Shown here in pieces: positions 1 through 8,895 of a stretch of 64,000 nucleotides of DNA. Each line of letters begins with the position of its first letter. Position 1 is the first letter of the stretch. The translations under genes were made by a program, and so were the position numbers. This stretch comes from Candidatus Omnitrophota bacterium (GTDB lineage Bacteria; Omnitrophota; Gorgyraeia; Gygaellales; Profunditerraquicolaceae). The notes below the pieces were generated by a model. That model had not been told where the DNA came from and did no database searches. It saw only the letters and a list, made by a program, of their open reading frames with translations. The stretch is taken from positions 4,766 to 68,765 of the forward strand of contig JBEKHW010000001.1 of the NCBI GenBank assembly GCA_050012075.1. The letters are read 5' to 3'.

Positions 1-245
1 GCGTAAAATTCCTCCAGCGCTTCTTCAGATTCAGAAAACTCAATTCCGGAAGGGTTTACTTTTAAGAAAGGAAAATTTTCGCTGAATTGCGCGATCATCC
101 CTTCCTTAAAACCGCGCTGCGGAAGTTGCGGCCAGAAGGGAGCGTCAGGAAAGTATTTAAAAACCAGGTTTATTGCATCCTGCGCCTCCCGGTAAGGAAG
201 GCTGCCCATCCCTGTAACCAATGCTCGTGGTATCTTATCGCTCAT
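1..245 (-). CDS. 5' part of a cobalamin-independent methionine synthase-like (UROD/MetE superfamily) protein; runs off the window
   Basis: Manual translation from ATG at 245 gives MSDKIPRALVTGMGSLPY...PFWPQLPQRGFKEGMIAQ, open to base 1. The TGxGSLP and WPQLP motifs are typical of this family. Not in the ORF track. Confidence 0.65.
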   Translation of the reverse strand, partial: MSDKIPRALVTGMGSLPYREAQDAINLVFKYFPDAPFWPQLPQRGFKEGMIAQFSENFPFLKVNPSGIEFSESEEALEEFY

Positions 246-648
246 CTTTATTGGTCCCGTTTTTTAAGGCCCTGATGATATTCTGCCGGATAAGGTTTTC
301 AAACGCTTTCTCAAAATCGTAAACCTCGTTAAAATCATCAATGGAATCCTCTTCTGTCTTGGAGAGGATTTTTTTGTCAATCATGTTAAAGACGATATTG
401 CCGAAATCGCGCGTCTGCCTTATCCCCCAGTGATGTAGAACGGTCTTCGCCATAGGGCCATATTTCTCAACCGCTAAATCGCGCAATCCCTCGACAAGTT
501 CGGCTCCTCTTATGTGCCCCTGCCGCTTTAGCCTTGACTGCGTAAAATACAGCCCCTGCATAAGGAACTCATAGGCATCTTCCTTGTAGCGGGCGTCCTT
601 GCGGCAAATTTCATCTACCAAGTTATAGAAATCTTTTTTTGCTTCCAT
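235..648 (-). CDS. conserved PVC-type hypothetical protein (Minf_1886/TIGR04138-like)
   Basis: DARYxxDAYEF, GHIxGxEL, YGPMAKTVLHHWGI and DFGNIVFNM motifs. Confidence 0.75.
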   Translation of the reverse strand: MEAKKDFYNLVDEICRKDARYKEDAYEFLMQGLYFTQSRLKRQGHIRGAELVEGLRDLAVEKYGPMAKTVLHHWGIRQTRDFGNIVFNMIDKKILSKTEEDSIDDFNEVYDFEKAFENLIRQNIIRALKNGTNKDER

Positions 649-671
649 GTGTTCGCTCTTTCTGTGTTACT

Positions 672-699
672 ATTATAGCTATCTTGCTATTTTTTTCAA
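672..699 (-). promoter_or_regulatory. sigma70-type promoter TTGAAA-N16-TATAAT
   Basis: Near-consensus hexamers 24 bp upstream of the ATG at 648. Confidence 0.55.
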
Positions 700-712
700 G
701 CTGATTGCTTTT

Positions 713-1342
713 TTAGAATCCTGCTGCCTCATCCACTAAGATAACCTTTATCCTCTGCGGCACAACCTCTGCTTCTATGATAAGTATCTGGCAGCACATC
801 CTCTTGTATTCCGGGAAAACGCATATTTCCTTGCGGCATATACCATCCTTTACGCAGGGCGTCTTCCAGTCAAGGCGCCTGCAATTAAGCGGGGTGGCGT
901 ATTCGCGCGCCCTTTTCACCGCCTCTTCAATATTAGGAGTAATCTTATTTATGCCGCATATTACTAAGACACTAGATGCGTTTGCGATACCGGAAATGCG
1001 GTGGCCATAGGCGCTGAAGAATACGAGCTCCCCCTTTTCAGAAATGGCATTGGCGCTGGCAAGATAAAAATCAGCGTGTACACCTTCCTCTCTCATCTTC
1101 ATGCTTTCTTCAGCGGCAAGCCCTTTTGCGTATTGATTAAAGACGCGGGTTCCTCTTGCCTGCAGCTTATCAACTAAAGCCAATTGAGAAATAGTCTCTG
1201 AGCCGGAAATACCTACTGTCGCGCTAACCGGGATAAGCTCTAACACCCGGGCGCAAGCCGCTATCTTATCCGGGCAATAAAACCCGCCTATATTTCTTTT
1301 TTGCCAGATATCAAGCAATCTTTTTATTCTCTCTTCCATCAC
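713..1342 (-). CDS. LUD-domain (lactate utilization LutC-like) protein
   Basis: ADFYLASANAISEKGELV, VICGINKITP and PLNCRRLDWKTPCVKDGIC motifs. Confidence 0.8.
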   Translation of the reverse strand: MMEERIKRLLDIWQKRNIGGFYCPDKIAACARVLELIPVSATVGISGSETISQLALVDKLQARGTRVFNQYAKGLAAEESMKMREEGVHADFYLASANAISEKGELVFFSAYGHRISGIANASSVLVICGINKITPNIEEAVKRAREYATPLNCRRLDWKTPCVKDGICRKEICVFPEYKRMCCQILIIEAEVVPQRIKVILVDEAAGF

Positions 1343-2688
1343 TGCCTCTTTTTCAGTTGGGCTAACAAAGAATCGCGCATGGATTTAAGCCGGGGGCTAA
1401 TGGCTATGGGATACTTAAAAACAGAATCTACGCCGCGCAATCCCGCGGGAAAACGGAGAATTTCTTTTTGTAGCCCAGCCCTTATTTTCTCTAATGAAAG
1501 AGGGCGATAGCATATTTTTCCCTTAACCACAATCTTTTTTAATATTGGGATTCCCTCTATCTTTTCATCTTCCAATCCCAGGATATCTTTTACAAATATC
1601 CCCATTTTCTTTTGCCTGTAAACCTGTTTTCTTCCCGGATATGTTGCCTTGCCTTTGCTTAATTTCATCGTCGGCAGAAAGCGCGCCTCTTCCCCGGTAA
1701 CCTCGCTTAATTTATAAATTACATCCAGGGACGGCGCGTCAATACTTGTGCCCATATTGGTGCCCACGCCAAAGCTATCCGCCTTTGAGCCCTTCTTAAT
1801 CAGGGAGCGGATTTTAAATTCATCGAGATTTCCGGTGGCAAAGATCTTTACGTATCCAAGCCCCGCCTCATCAAGGGCCCGGCGCGCGAGAACAGAAAGA
1901 TAAACTATATCGCCGCTATCCAGGCGTATACCCTGAAGGCGATATCCCTTTTCCTTTAAATATAAGCCTACTTTTACGGCGTTATCTATCCCCTTAGCGG
2001 TATTATAGGTATCCACGAGAAGTATTGACCTTTCAGGAAAAGTATCGGCATAAGCCAGAAAGCTATCTATCTCCTGCCTGAAAGACATGACGAATGAATG
2101 CGCCATCGTACCTGAAACAGGTATCGCGTATAATTTTGCCGCCAGGACATTTGAAGTGCCGCTTGTGCCGGCAATATAAGAGGCGCGGCTTGCCTTTATA
2201 GCCGCGTCCTGGCCATGGGTCCTGCGCAGGGAAAAATCATACACCTTCCGCTTGCCCGCAGCAGTTACCACGCGGGAAGCCTTACTTGCGATCATTGTCT
2301 GCAGGTTTATAGTGTTAAGGAGGAAACTCTCAACCAGTTGCGCTTCAATGATGGGGGCGGTTACGCGGATAATCGGCTCCTGCGCAAAACAAATAGTCCC
2401 CTCCGGCATCGCCCATATATCCCCTCTAAAGCGGAAATTCTTTAAATAGGATAAGAACTCTTCTGAAAATAACTTAGTGCTACGCAGGAATTTCAAATCC
2501 TCTTTGTTAAAACGTAAATCTTTAATATAATTAAGAATATCCTCCAGGCCGCAGGCGACAAGATAGTTGCGGTTATGCGGCAGTTCCCTTACAAAAAGCT
2601 CAAATGTAGCCAGGGTCTTCTCCTTGTAGAGAAAATAACTCTCCCCCATCGTCAATTCATACAGATCTAGCAATAAAGCATTATTCAT
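1339..2688 (-). CDS. pncB: nicotinate phosphoribosyltransferase
   Basis: LLxDLYELTM, DFSLRRTHG, GTMAHS, LVDTY, IRLDSGD and FGVGT motifs. Confidence 0.93.
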   Translation of the reverse strand: MNNALLLDLYELTMGESYFLYKEKTLATFELFVRELPHNRNYLVACGLEDILNYIKDLRFNKEDLKFLRSTKLFSEEFLSYLKNFRFRGDIWAMPEGTICFAQEPIIRVTAPIIEAQLVESFLLNTINLQTMIASKASRVVTAAGKRKVYDFSLRRTHGQDAAIKASRASYIAGTSGTSNVLAAKLYAIPVSGTMAHSFVMSFRQEIDSFLAYADTFPERSILLVDTYNTAKGIDNAVKVGLYLKEKGYRLQGIRLDSGDIVYLSVLARRALDEAGLGYVKIFATGNLDEFKIRSLIKKGSKADSFGVGTNMGTSIDAPSLDVIYKLSEVTGEEARFLPTMKLSKGKATYPGRKQVYRQKKMGIFVKDILGLEDEKIEGIPILKKIVVKGKICYRPLSLEKIRAGLQKEILRFPAGLRGVDSVFKYPIAISPRLKSMRDSLLAQLKKRQ

Positions 2689-2699
2689 ATTGTAAAGGG

Positions 2700-3176
2700 T
2701 TATTCCGAAATGAGATTCTCAAACGCTTTTTCAGAGAAATAATTCTCTTTTTCGACGATGTTGCCTTTTTTATCGATAAATATGTAGGTGGGGACACCGA
2801 AGATACCGAAAGAATCAGAGACTGTTCCGTCTTTATCAAGCAGGACCTTGAAAGTCAACCCCTTTTTTCTGACTAAATTTTCCACCCTGCGCTTGTCTTC
2901 TCCTATATTAATTGCCAAAAACTCTAAGCCTCTACCGGCAAAACCAGCGTATTTATCTTTAAGGATAACCAGTTCCCGCTGGCAGTACGGGCACCACGTA
3001 GTCCAGAAAAACAGTACAACGGGCTTATTGCCCTTATATTCGCTTAAACTGACCGTATTCTGATTTAAATCCTGTAACGTAAAATCTTGCGCCTTATTAT
3101 CCTGCGCCTGTATACAGGATATCCCTGCTAGTGAAACGAACGTTATTGTAAATATGGCCGCGAGGTATTTTTTCAT
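2700..3176 (-). CDS. exported TlpA/ResA-like thioredoxin-fold redoxin
   Basis: Signal peptide MKKYLAAIF... (start moved to 3176); FWTTWCPYC active site; GVPT cis-Pro loop. Confidence 0.85.
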   Translation of the reverse strand: MKKYLAAIFTITFVSLAGISCIQAQDNKAQDFTLQDLNQNTVSLSEYKGNKPVVLFFWTTWCPYCQRELVILKDKYAGFAGRGLEFLAINIGEDKRRVENLVRKKGLTFKVLLDKDGTVSDSFGIFGVPTYIFIDKKGNIVEKENYFSEKAFENLISE

Positions 3177-3178
3177 TC

Positions 3179-3847
3179 TTATAATCTCCTTATCCCGGAA
3201 TAAATAAAATATGCCCCTGCCGCTATCATTATGGCAGCACATAACCTTTTTATATATATAAGCCATTTACCGGATTTAGGCATATTGGCCAATAATCCGC
3301 TGAAAGTGCCGGTAAGGATCAAAACCAGCCCCATACCATAGGCGAAACTGAATAAAATAAGCGCGCCGTACAGAAAATTCTTCTTCGTGGCAAGGTATGC
3401 CAGGATTGAAGCCAGCGCCGGGCTAAGGCAGGGAGAGACGATTAAGCCCGAAGCAATACCCATGATAAACGCGGAAAAATAATTTTTCTTCGTTATCTTG
3501 GGGGCTTTTATTATATTGCCTAGCGGCAGCATGAATATATCCATCATAAAAAACGCAAAAACAATGGTGAGAGCACCCAATATAATGTAAGTCAGCGGGT
3601 GCGAGCTTATCATGCCAAAAAGAGTCCCGGTTAAAACCGCGATTATACCTAATATTGAATAGGTAACCGCCATACCGGTAACATAGAATAAACTTAAACC
3701 CAACCCCTTAAGTTTCGACCCGCCGGCAGAGGCACCTATGTAGCCGACAGTAACCGGGATAAGGGGATACACGCATGGCGTAAAACTTACCGCGATACCC
3801 CAGAAGAAAGCAAGAATGAAATCTAAAGGGCTACCTGATAGATTCAT
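3179..3847 (-). CDS. ccdA: CcdA/DsbD-type transmembrane electron transporter
   Basis: SFTPCVYPLIP and SPCLSP cysteine motifs; about 6 TM segments; adjacent redoxin. Confidence 0.85.
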   Translation of the reverse strand: MNLSGSPLDFILAFFWGIAVSFTPCVYPLIPVTVGYIGASAGGSKLKGLGLSLFYVTGMAVTYSILGIIAVLTGTLFGMISSHPLTYIILGALTIVFAFFMMDIFMLPLGNIIKAPKITKKNYFSAFIMGIASGLIVSPCLSPALASILAYLATKKNFLYGALILFSFAYGMGLVLILTGTFSGLLANMPKSGKWLIYIKRLCAAIMIAAGAYFIYSGIRRL

Positions 3848-4142
3848 CTATCCACCGTAAATAAGGTTTATGCCCCTCGACAATGGGCAGGCAGATTATT
3901 TCCGGGACTTCATAACTATGCATGGATTTTACTGCCTGGATTATTTTTTTTGCTTTAGAGCGCCTGGACTTTATGATAAGGAGTGATTCAGCTGCCTGTT
4001 CGATCTTGCCTTTCCACCAGAATAATGAATCTACCCTGCCTATAATATTGACGCAGGCAGCCAGTTTCTCTTTTAAGAGCCCCCTGGCTATGCGCCTAGC
4101 CTCGGCCTTGGAAGGAACAGTCACCAGTATAACTGTATACAT
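3831..4142 (-). CDS. cutA: divalent-cation tolerance protein CutA
   Basis: LAACVN, SLFWWKGKIE and HSYEVPEII motifs. Confidence 0.92.
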   Translation of the reverse strand: MYTVILVTVPSKAEARRIARGLLKEKLAACVNIIGRVDSLFWWKGKIEQAAESLLIIKSRRSKAKKIIQAVKSMHSYEVPEIICLPIVEGHKPYLRWIDESIR

Positions 4143-4619
4143 CTATCCTCTTAACTTTTTTGTAAGCGCTGCGACGCGGCTACCCATGCGCAGGCACTCT
4201 TTTGCTGCCCGGCTCTCAACAGAACCTACTGCGACCGGGCCGTAATGGTCTCCCTGCGGGTCACCCTGGATAATCATACCATGAATGAGCATGGCGTTCA
4301 ATATATCAAGGATCGTGGTTTCGTTTCCACCGGCGACATTGGCGCTTGAAGAAAACGCGGCCCCAATTTTGCCGTCCAGCTTTCCGTGGAATTTCACCGA
4401 ATCATCCAGGAGCTTTTTAATCTCAGCGCTCATCGAGCCGTAATAGGTAGGAGAACCTATAACAATGGCATCGTATTCCAATAATTCATCCACGCCTACG
4501 TCTCTGACATCTTTTAACGTGACGCTAGTCGCCTCTTTTTTAATCCCTTCCGCTATGCCCTCAGCCATCTTTTTTGTGGTGCCGCCCCTTGAATAATAAA
4601 TGACCAACGCTTTTACCAT
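4143..4619 (-). CDS. flavodoxin-fold NAD(P)H:quinone oxidoreductase (WrbA-like)
   Basis: YYSRGGTTKKMA, GSPTYYG and GGNETT motifs; start 4619 has a GGAGG RBS. Confidence 0.85.
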   Translation of the reverse strand: MVKALVIYYSRGGTTKKMAEGIAEGIKKEATSVTLKDVRDVGVDELLEYDAIVIGSPTYYGSMSAEIKKLLDDSVKFHGKLDGKIGAAFSSSANVAGGNETTILDILNAMLIHGMIIQGDPQGDHYGPVAVGSVESRAAKECLRMGSRVAALTKKLRG

Positions 4620-4635
4620 TAGACACCCTCCTTCA

Positions 4636-5001
4636 ATGAGCACTTGACTTACGAACACGCCAGTGTGAGTAAGTCAATGTGCGAATTGAACCCCACACCC
4701 AGCTTTATTTTAAAGATCCTACTAATCTTAATTTTAAAGCCGTAAGAGCTTGTGCATAGTGTTTGAGACGCCGCTCTCTGTTTCTTGCATCTGACTCGGA
4801 TTTATAGGCCTCATAATAAATTAGTTCGTGCGGTTGTATTTTAAGGTGCTCTTTTAAGCGCCGCTCTAAGTTATTGGTATAACCATAATATAGTTTGTCT
4901 GTTTCCGTGTTTTTTATAACGTATAAATAATGCATAGCTGGGTGTGGGGTAAATTCAGCCACAAACTTATGTTCACTACGTTCCATAAGTTTGGGCTTCA
5001 T
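4636..5001. mobile_element. putative GIY-YIG-carrying palindromic element (hairpin C - 15-bp IR - nuclease gene - 15-bp IR - hairpin C')
   Basis: Perfect IR ACCCCACACCCAGCT (4690-4704) / AGCTGGGTGTGGGGT (4936-4950) directly abuts the stop and start codons; flanking hairpins; gene-less copy at 37855-37962. Confidence 0.6.
4705..4935 (-). CDS. small GIY-YIG nuclease (SLX1/UPF0213-like)
   Basis: MHYLYVIK...KLYYGYTNNLERRLKEH...LIYYEAY...ARNRERRLK, 76 aa. An alternative start at 5001 lies inside the repeat. Confidence 0.85.
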   Translation of the reverse strand: MHYLYVIKNTETDKLYYGYTNNLERRLKEHLKIQPHELIYYEAYKSESDARNRERRLKHYAQALTALKLRLVGSLK

Positions 5002-5227
5002 TTACCCTTACTGACTTTATCCTCCCGAATTGGCTGCAAATATCGAATATCCCCTCCGGCTCCTCGGCAATCATGCTTATTGCAAACTCCCTGCCTTTAC
5101 CTGCCTCCTGCATAGGAGTATCATTGACCTCCAGATTCTCCCCGAATTCAGAAAGAGAGCTCTTAATAAGCTCGCCTGTTGTATTATAGGCGTGTAATAT
5201 GAATTCAATCCGGTATTTTTGCATCAC
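4976..5227 (-). CDS. hypothetical protein
   Basis: 83-aa ORF coupled to the pgeF stop; the last codons are supplied by the hairpin repeat. Confidence 0.6.
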   Translation of the reverse strand: MMQKYRIEFILHAYNTTGELIKSSLSEFGENLEVNDTPMQEAGKGREFAISMIAEEPEGIFDICSQFGRIKSVRVNEAQTYGT

Positions 5228-5934
5228 TTTAGCATTATTACAGAGATCATCCTGCCGCTTGATTTTCCTTCTTTACGGAAAGAGAAAAACTCGCGGTTCT
5301 GACAGGAGATGCAGATAGCGCAATCAGTTATATTATACTCTCTTACGCCTGCCTCTAATAATTGCGCCTTGTTTACCCCTGCGATATCCAAATAATAGCG
5401 CCCTTCCCTTTTTACCAAACCCGAAGGAAAATATCTGTTAAGCTTTTCTTCTACCTCATAACAGCAGCTCCTTATCGCCGGGCCGAAACTCGCCTTCAAT
5501 TTTTCAGGATTGGTAAAGAAATCCTTCTGCATTGCTTTTACGGCGTTCTTTACGATATACTCGCTGGTTGAGCGCCATCCGGCATGCACTAATCCTATTG
5601 CCGGGTGTTCCGGGTCATAAAGGAACACCGAAAGGCAATCCGCCGTAAAAACACTAAGCGCTATCCTCTTCTTATCGGTAATAAAGGCGTCCGTAGCATC
5701 AATGGCGGTTTCATACGACAAAGCGCCTTTTCCCCTGTCTTCCTGCTTTACGTAAACAATGCCGGAAGAATGAATCTGTTTTGCGCAGACAAGAGAAGCC
5801 TGGTCTATCTTAAGTTTATTCAGGAACCTGTTCCGGTTTTCTAATGACGAGGACGCGTCCCCGTAATTAAGGGACATATTGCCGTCGCGACGCTGGCTAA
5901 AGGCGGCAATGACTTCTTCAAAAGCATCAAACAT
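5224..5934 (-). CDS. pgeF: peptidoglycan editing factor / purine nucleoside phosphorylase YfiH family
   Basis: QIHS, TADCL, HAGWR, GPAIRSCCYEV and FFSFR motifs. Confidence 0.92.
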   Translation of the reverse strand: MFDAFEEVIAAFSQRRDGNMSLNYGDASSSLENRNRFLNKLKIDQASLVCAKQIHSSGIVYVKQEDRGKGALSYETAIDATDAFITDKKRIALSVFTADCLSVFLYDPEHPAIGLVHAGWRSTSEYIVKNAVKAMQKDFFTNPEKLKASFGPAIRSCCYEVEEKLNRYFPSGLVKREGRYYLDIAGVNKAQLLEAGVREYNITDCAICISCQNREFFSFRKEGKSSGRMISVIMLK

Positions 5935-6145
5935 CGGTTTCTATTATTTTATCCCTTGATTTGAGGCCCGCTACTATCCTGAGCTGGTATTTTTTTAACC
6001 CCAGGTGTCGAGCGAGAAGCCTGATAAGCTGCTCATTCGCTAAACCCTCCTGTGCCGGTTTAGTCAAATATGCCTTGAGAATGCCGTTTTCCTCTTTGAT
6101 TAAATTGCGGCTTGAGCGGGGAACGACCCTTACCTTAAGAAACAT
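5927..6145 (-). CDS. DUF167 (YggU-like) protein
   Basis: VRVVPRSS, PAQEGLANEQLI and GLKSRDK motifs. Confidence 0.85.
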   Translation of the reverse strand: MFLKVRVVPRSSRNLIKEENGILKAYLTKPAQEGLANEQLIRLLARHLGLKKYQLRIVAGLKSRDKIIETDV

Positions 6146-6148
6146 GGG

Positions 6149-7081
6149 CTATTTTGATTCTATGCGTTTAGTTTCCTGGATATCGGTAAGCCGGTCTGAA
6201 AACCTGTCTAATTTTTTCTGGCTATCCGCGTATTTACTTGAGGCATTGGATATATGGGAACCCAGCGTATCAAAATCTTCTTTAAATTTATTGATATCGA
6301 TATGCAGCGCGCTTAAATTCTTCAGGATATTTTTGGCGTTCTCTTCTATTTTAAGCCCCTTTAACCCGAGGCAGATCACCTGTAAATAGGCATAGAAGGT
6401 GTTAGGCGAAACCGGGATGACTTTCTTAGCCATGGAATAAGAGAATAGGTCTTCCTTGATGATCACCTCGTAATATACGTTTTCCGCCGGCACATACATA
6501 AGGGCGAAATCATAGGTATTTTCATCGGGCAGGATATATTTGGCGGCAATCTCATCCACGCGGTTTTTTACATCCTGGATAAATTTCCTGCGGAAGCCGC
6601 TTTTGGCCTGCTCATCAGTGGCCTCGAGCATCTTCTGAAAATTCTCTAAGCTGAACTTGGCATCCACAGGCACAAGGCGTTCGCCTAAGCGGATTACCGC
6701 GTCCACCGCGTCGGAAGATTTAAAGCGGTATTGCATAGTGAAATGCCCCTGGGGTAGGACCTGGGCCAGTAAATTCTCAAGGAGTGTTTCTCCCATTGAC
6801 CCCCTGAATTTAGGGGCGCGCAGTAATTCCTGTAAACTGGAGATATCCTTGCTGATTTCAACTATCTGCTTATTGGTCTCCTCAAGTTTTCCCAGCTGCT
6901 TTTCCACGTTGCCGAATACATTTGTGGCGTTCCCCAGGTTCTGGCCGATGATTTTATTGGCCTCCTGGATAGTGCGTTCCATAGAGCCCAAGCGCTCATT
7001 GACCTGCGAGGAAATCTTAAGGACAATGGCGACGAGGAAAACACCCAATATCAGGAATATTATCGAACCAATCCAAATCAT
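6149..7081 (-). CDS. rmuC: DNA recombination protein RmuC
   Basis: N-terminal TM and coiled coil; RGSMGExxLE, VDAKF, KYILPDENTYDFALMYVPAE and VSPNT motifs. Confidence 0.92.
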   Translation of the reverse strand: MIWIGSIIFLILGVFLVAIVLKISSQVNERLGSMERTIQEANKIIGQNLGNATNVFGNVEKQLGKLEETNKQIVEISKDISSLQELLRAPKFRGSMGETLLENLLAQVLPQGHFTMQYRFKSSDAVDAVIRLGERLVPVDAKFSLENFQKMLEATDEQAKSGFRRKFIQDVKNRVDEIAAKYILPDENTYDFALMYVPAENVYYEVIIKEDLFSYSMAKKVIPVSPNTFYAYLQVICLGLKGLKIEENAKNILKNLSALHIDINKFKEDFDTLGSHISNASSKYADSQKKLDRFSDRLTDIQETKRIESK

Positions 7082-7142
7082 TTTTAACCCCTCAATTACT
7101 AATTACTATTTACTAAACAATTATACCACTTTACCCGTATTC

Positions 7143-7865
7143 TTAAAGCAAATACTCCTGTTTAATTCTTTTGGTGCCCCTAAAGATATTGGTCCTTACG
7201 TCGGGGCACATCTTTTCCAGTTCATTGATAATGGCTGACATTTTTGTGCGCTGTGATGCGAGGGAATTAGGGCAGGCGCATTTATGGTGCGGGAAATCCG
7301 CGGTTTTGGCGAATTTTACGATTAAACTTTCCTCTACATAAGCCAGGGGCCTGATAATTACGACCTTACCTTTAAAAAGCTCCTGTTTTGGAACCATAGA
7401 GGAAATCTCGCCGTGAAAAAATAAATTCATAAGCGTGGTTTCTATAATATCGTCCTTATGGTGTCCGAAAGCAACCTTAGTGCACCCAAAACGCTGCGCC
7501 GTCTCAAAGAGCGCCTTCCTCCTGTTCCAGGAGCACCAGAAACAGGAGATATCTTTACGCGTCTGGCCCGGCTTTAAAAGCTGCACCTTCTCAATATGAT
7601 AATCTATCCCGTGCTTCTTAAAATACTCCGATAAAATCTTCGGATGGTGACAGGGATAACCCATATCAATATGCACTGCCAAGAGGTCATATTTTATCGG
7701 CACAAACTTCCTGCGGTCATTCAATACCCGTAACAGCGTCAGGCTGTCTTTCCCGCCTGAGACAGCGACAAGGATTTTATCGCCATCAACTATCATCCCG
7801 TAATCTATGATAGCCTTGCCTACCCGCTTTGAAATATAAAACTCATGTCCCTGTATGACTGACAT
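7143..7865 (-). CDS. ttcA: tRNA 2-thiocytidine(32) synthetase
   Basis: PP-loop SGGKDS, CFWC, GHHKDDIIET and IIRPL motifs. Confidence 0.85.
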   Translation of the reverse strand: MSVIQGHEFYISKRVGKAIIDYGMIVDGDKILVAVSGGKDSLTLLRVLNDRRKFVPIKYDLLAVHIDMGYPCHHPKILSEYFKKHGIDYHIEKVQLLKPGQTRKDISCFWCSWNRRKALFETAQRFGCTKVAFGHHKDDIIETTLMNLFFHGEISSMVPKQELFKGKVVIIRPLAYVEESLIVKFAKTADFPHHKCACPNSLASQRTKMSAIINELEKMCPDVRTNIFRGTKRIKQEYLL

Positions 7866-8222
7866 CTAACCTTCTGACCTTCGTTTGATAAATTCATCTA
7901 ATTTGTCGAGTGATTTTGCATCGGGGTCAGAAAATCTAATCCTTATTTCATAAATAAAATCTTTGGCAAGTTCCCGGCATTCAAGAACTACTCCCGTCAT
8001 CGTTATATCAACTCCATGGGTAAAAGGCCCTCTTATGATGAATTCCATATTCGCCCCTTCCTTAAAAGGCTTTTCCACTGTAAGCAACATACCGCCCCTG
8101 CTGATATTTTTGGTGCGGGTGAGGTTATAATTTTCTGACGTACCTTTAACTTTATAGTAAACAAAATAACCTTCTGCTAATCTTTGATATTTTCTCCGCT
8201 CTGAACTTTCAAAGTCATGCAT
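7866..8222 (-). CDS. single-domain PilZ protein
   Basis: ERRKYQR (RxxxR) and NISRGG (D/NxSxxG) c-di-GMP-binding motifs. Confidence 0.85.
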   Translation of the reverse strand: MHDFESSERRKYQRLAEGYFVYYKVKGTSENYNLTRTKNISRGGMLLTVEKPFKEGANMEFIIRGPFTHGVDITMTGVVLECRELAKDFIYEIRIRFSDPDAKSLDKLDEFIKRRSEG

Positions 8223-8242
8223 CCCTGTCTCCTAGCCCACAA

Positions 8243-8281
8243 GGGCACGCCGGCGCATCCGATAGCGCCGGGCGTTAGCCC
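8243..8281. repeat. hairpin family D (CCGATA loop); other copies at 12032-12078 and 13004-13048 (inverted)
   Basis: CCGGCGC-ATCCGATA-GCGCCGG versus CCGATTC-ATCCGATA-GGATCGG: stems differ, loop is kept. Confidence 0.65.
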
Positions 8282-8301
8282 AATAATTATACCATACTCT
8301 C

Positions 8302-8386
8302 TTAGCGGGTGGCTGCCGAGACGAAGGCCTTGCCGCGCGCAACGCAGTGAGCACGGCGAGGTGGCTCGGCAGACAGGACCCGCTAA
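8302..8386. repeat. palindromic element family B, short form
   Basis: TTAGCGGGTGGCTGC...GACCCGCTAA; near-copy at 8714-8799. Confidence 0.8.
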
Positions 8387-8389
8387 CTA

Positions 8390-8438
8390 ATTATACCGCC
8401 CGAAATAAAAAATACCAGGCACATTTTCCGCGCCTGGT
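8390..8438 (-). promoter_or_regulatory. repeated terminator+promoter module (copies 8390, 8803, 9908, 10855, 12085, 13054)
   Basis: Minus strand: CCAGGC-loop-GCYTGG hairpin, U-tract, then TTGGGCGGTATAAT. Confidence 0.7.
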
Positions 8439-8683
8439 TATCTTCTGGTTATCTGGAGATTTACTGTAATTGATATCATAAAAGAGATAAAAAGCACGAA
8501 TATATAAAAAATAAATAATTGCACTAAGAAATCTTTGGCTGTTATTTTCTTTACACCGGGTAAAAGTTTTATATAGGCATTCCCGATCAAAGTCCACACT
8601 ATTGTTCCAAATAGACAAAAAATAAACAGTATTATAGCTAATATTAAACGCTTTGATAAAAATGCCATTTGCTTAACAGGCAC
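8438..8683 (-). CDS. small membrane protein (2 TM), cassette gene
   Basis: Two hydrophobic segments; AT-rich; lies between repeat units. Confidence 0.55.
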   Translation of the reverse strand: MPVKQMAFLSKRLILAIILFIFCLFGTIVWTLIGNAYIKLLPGVKKITAKDFLVQLFIFYIFVLFISFMISITVNLQITRR

Positions 8684-8713
8684 CGGAGATTACCTTATAA
8701 CTGCCTAACTCTC

Positions 8714-8799
8714 TTAGCGGGTGGCTGCGGAGCCGAGGCCCCTGCCGCGCGCAACGCCAGTGAGCACGGCGGGGTGGCGCAGCAGACAAGACCCGCGAA
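8714..8799. repeat. palindromic element family B, short form
   Basis: Homologous to 8302-8386. Confidence 0.8.
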
Positions 8800-8895
8800 T
8801 TAATTATACCACCCAAAATAAGAAAACCCAGGCACATTTTCCGTGCCTGGGCTCCTCTCGCCCCCTGCCCTATGGGAACGTCTCCGTATTTTCTT

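Noticed and set aside
1-245. Possible frameshifted pseudogene at the window start
   Set aside because: Re-translation shows one open frame; it is simply truncated by the window edge.
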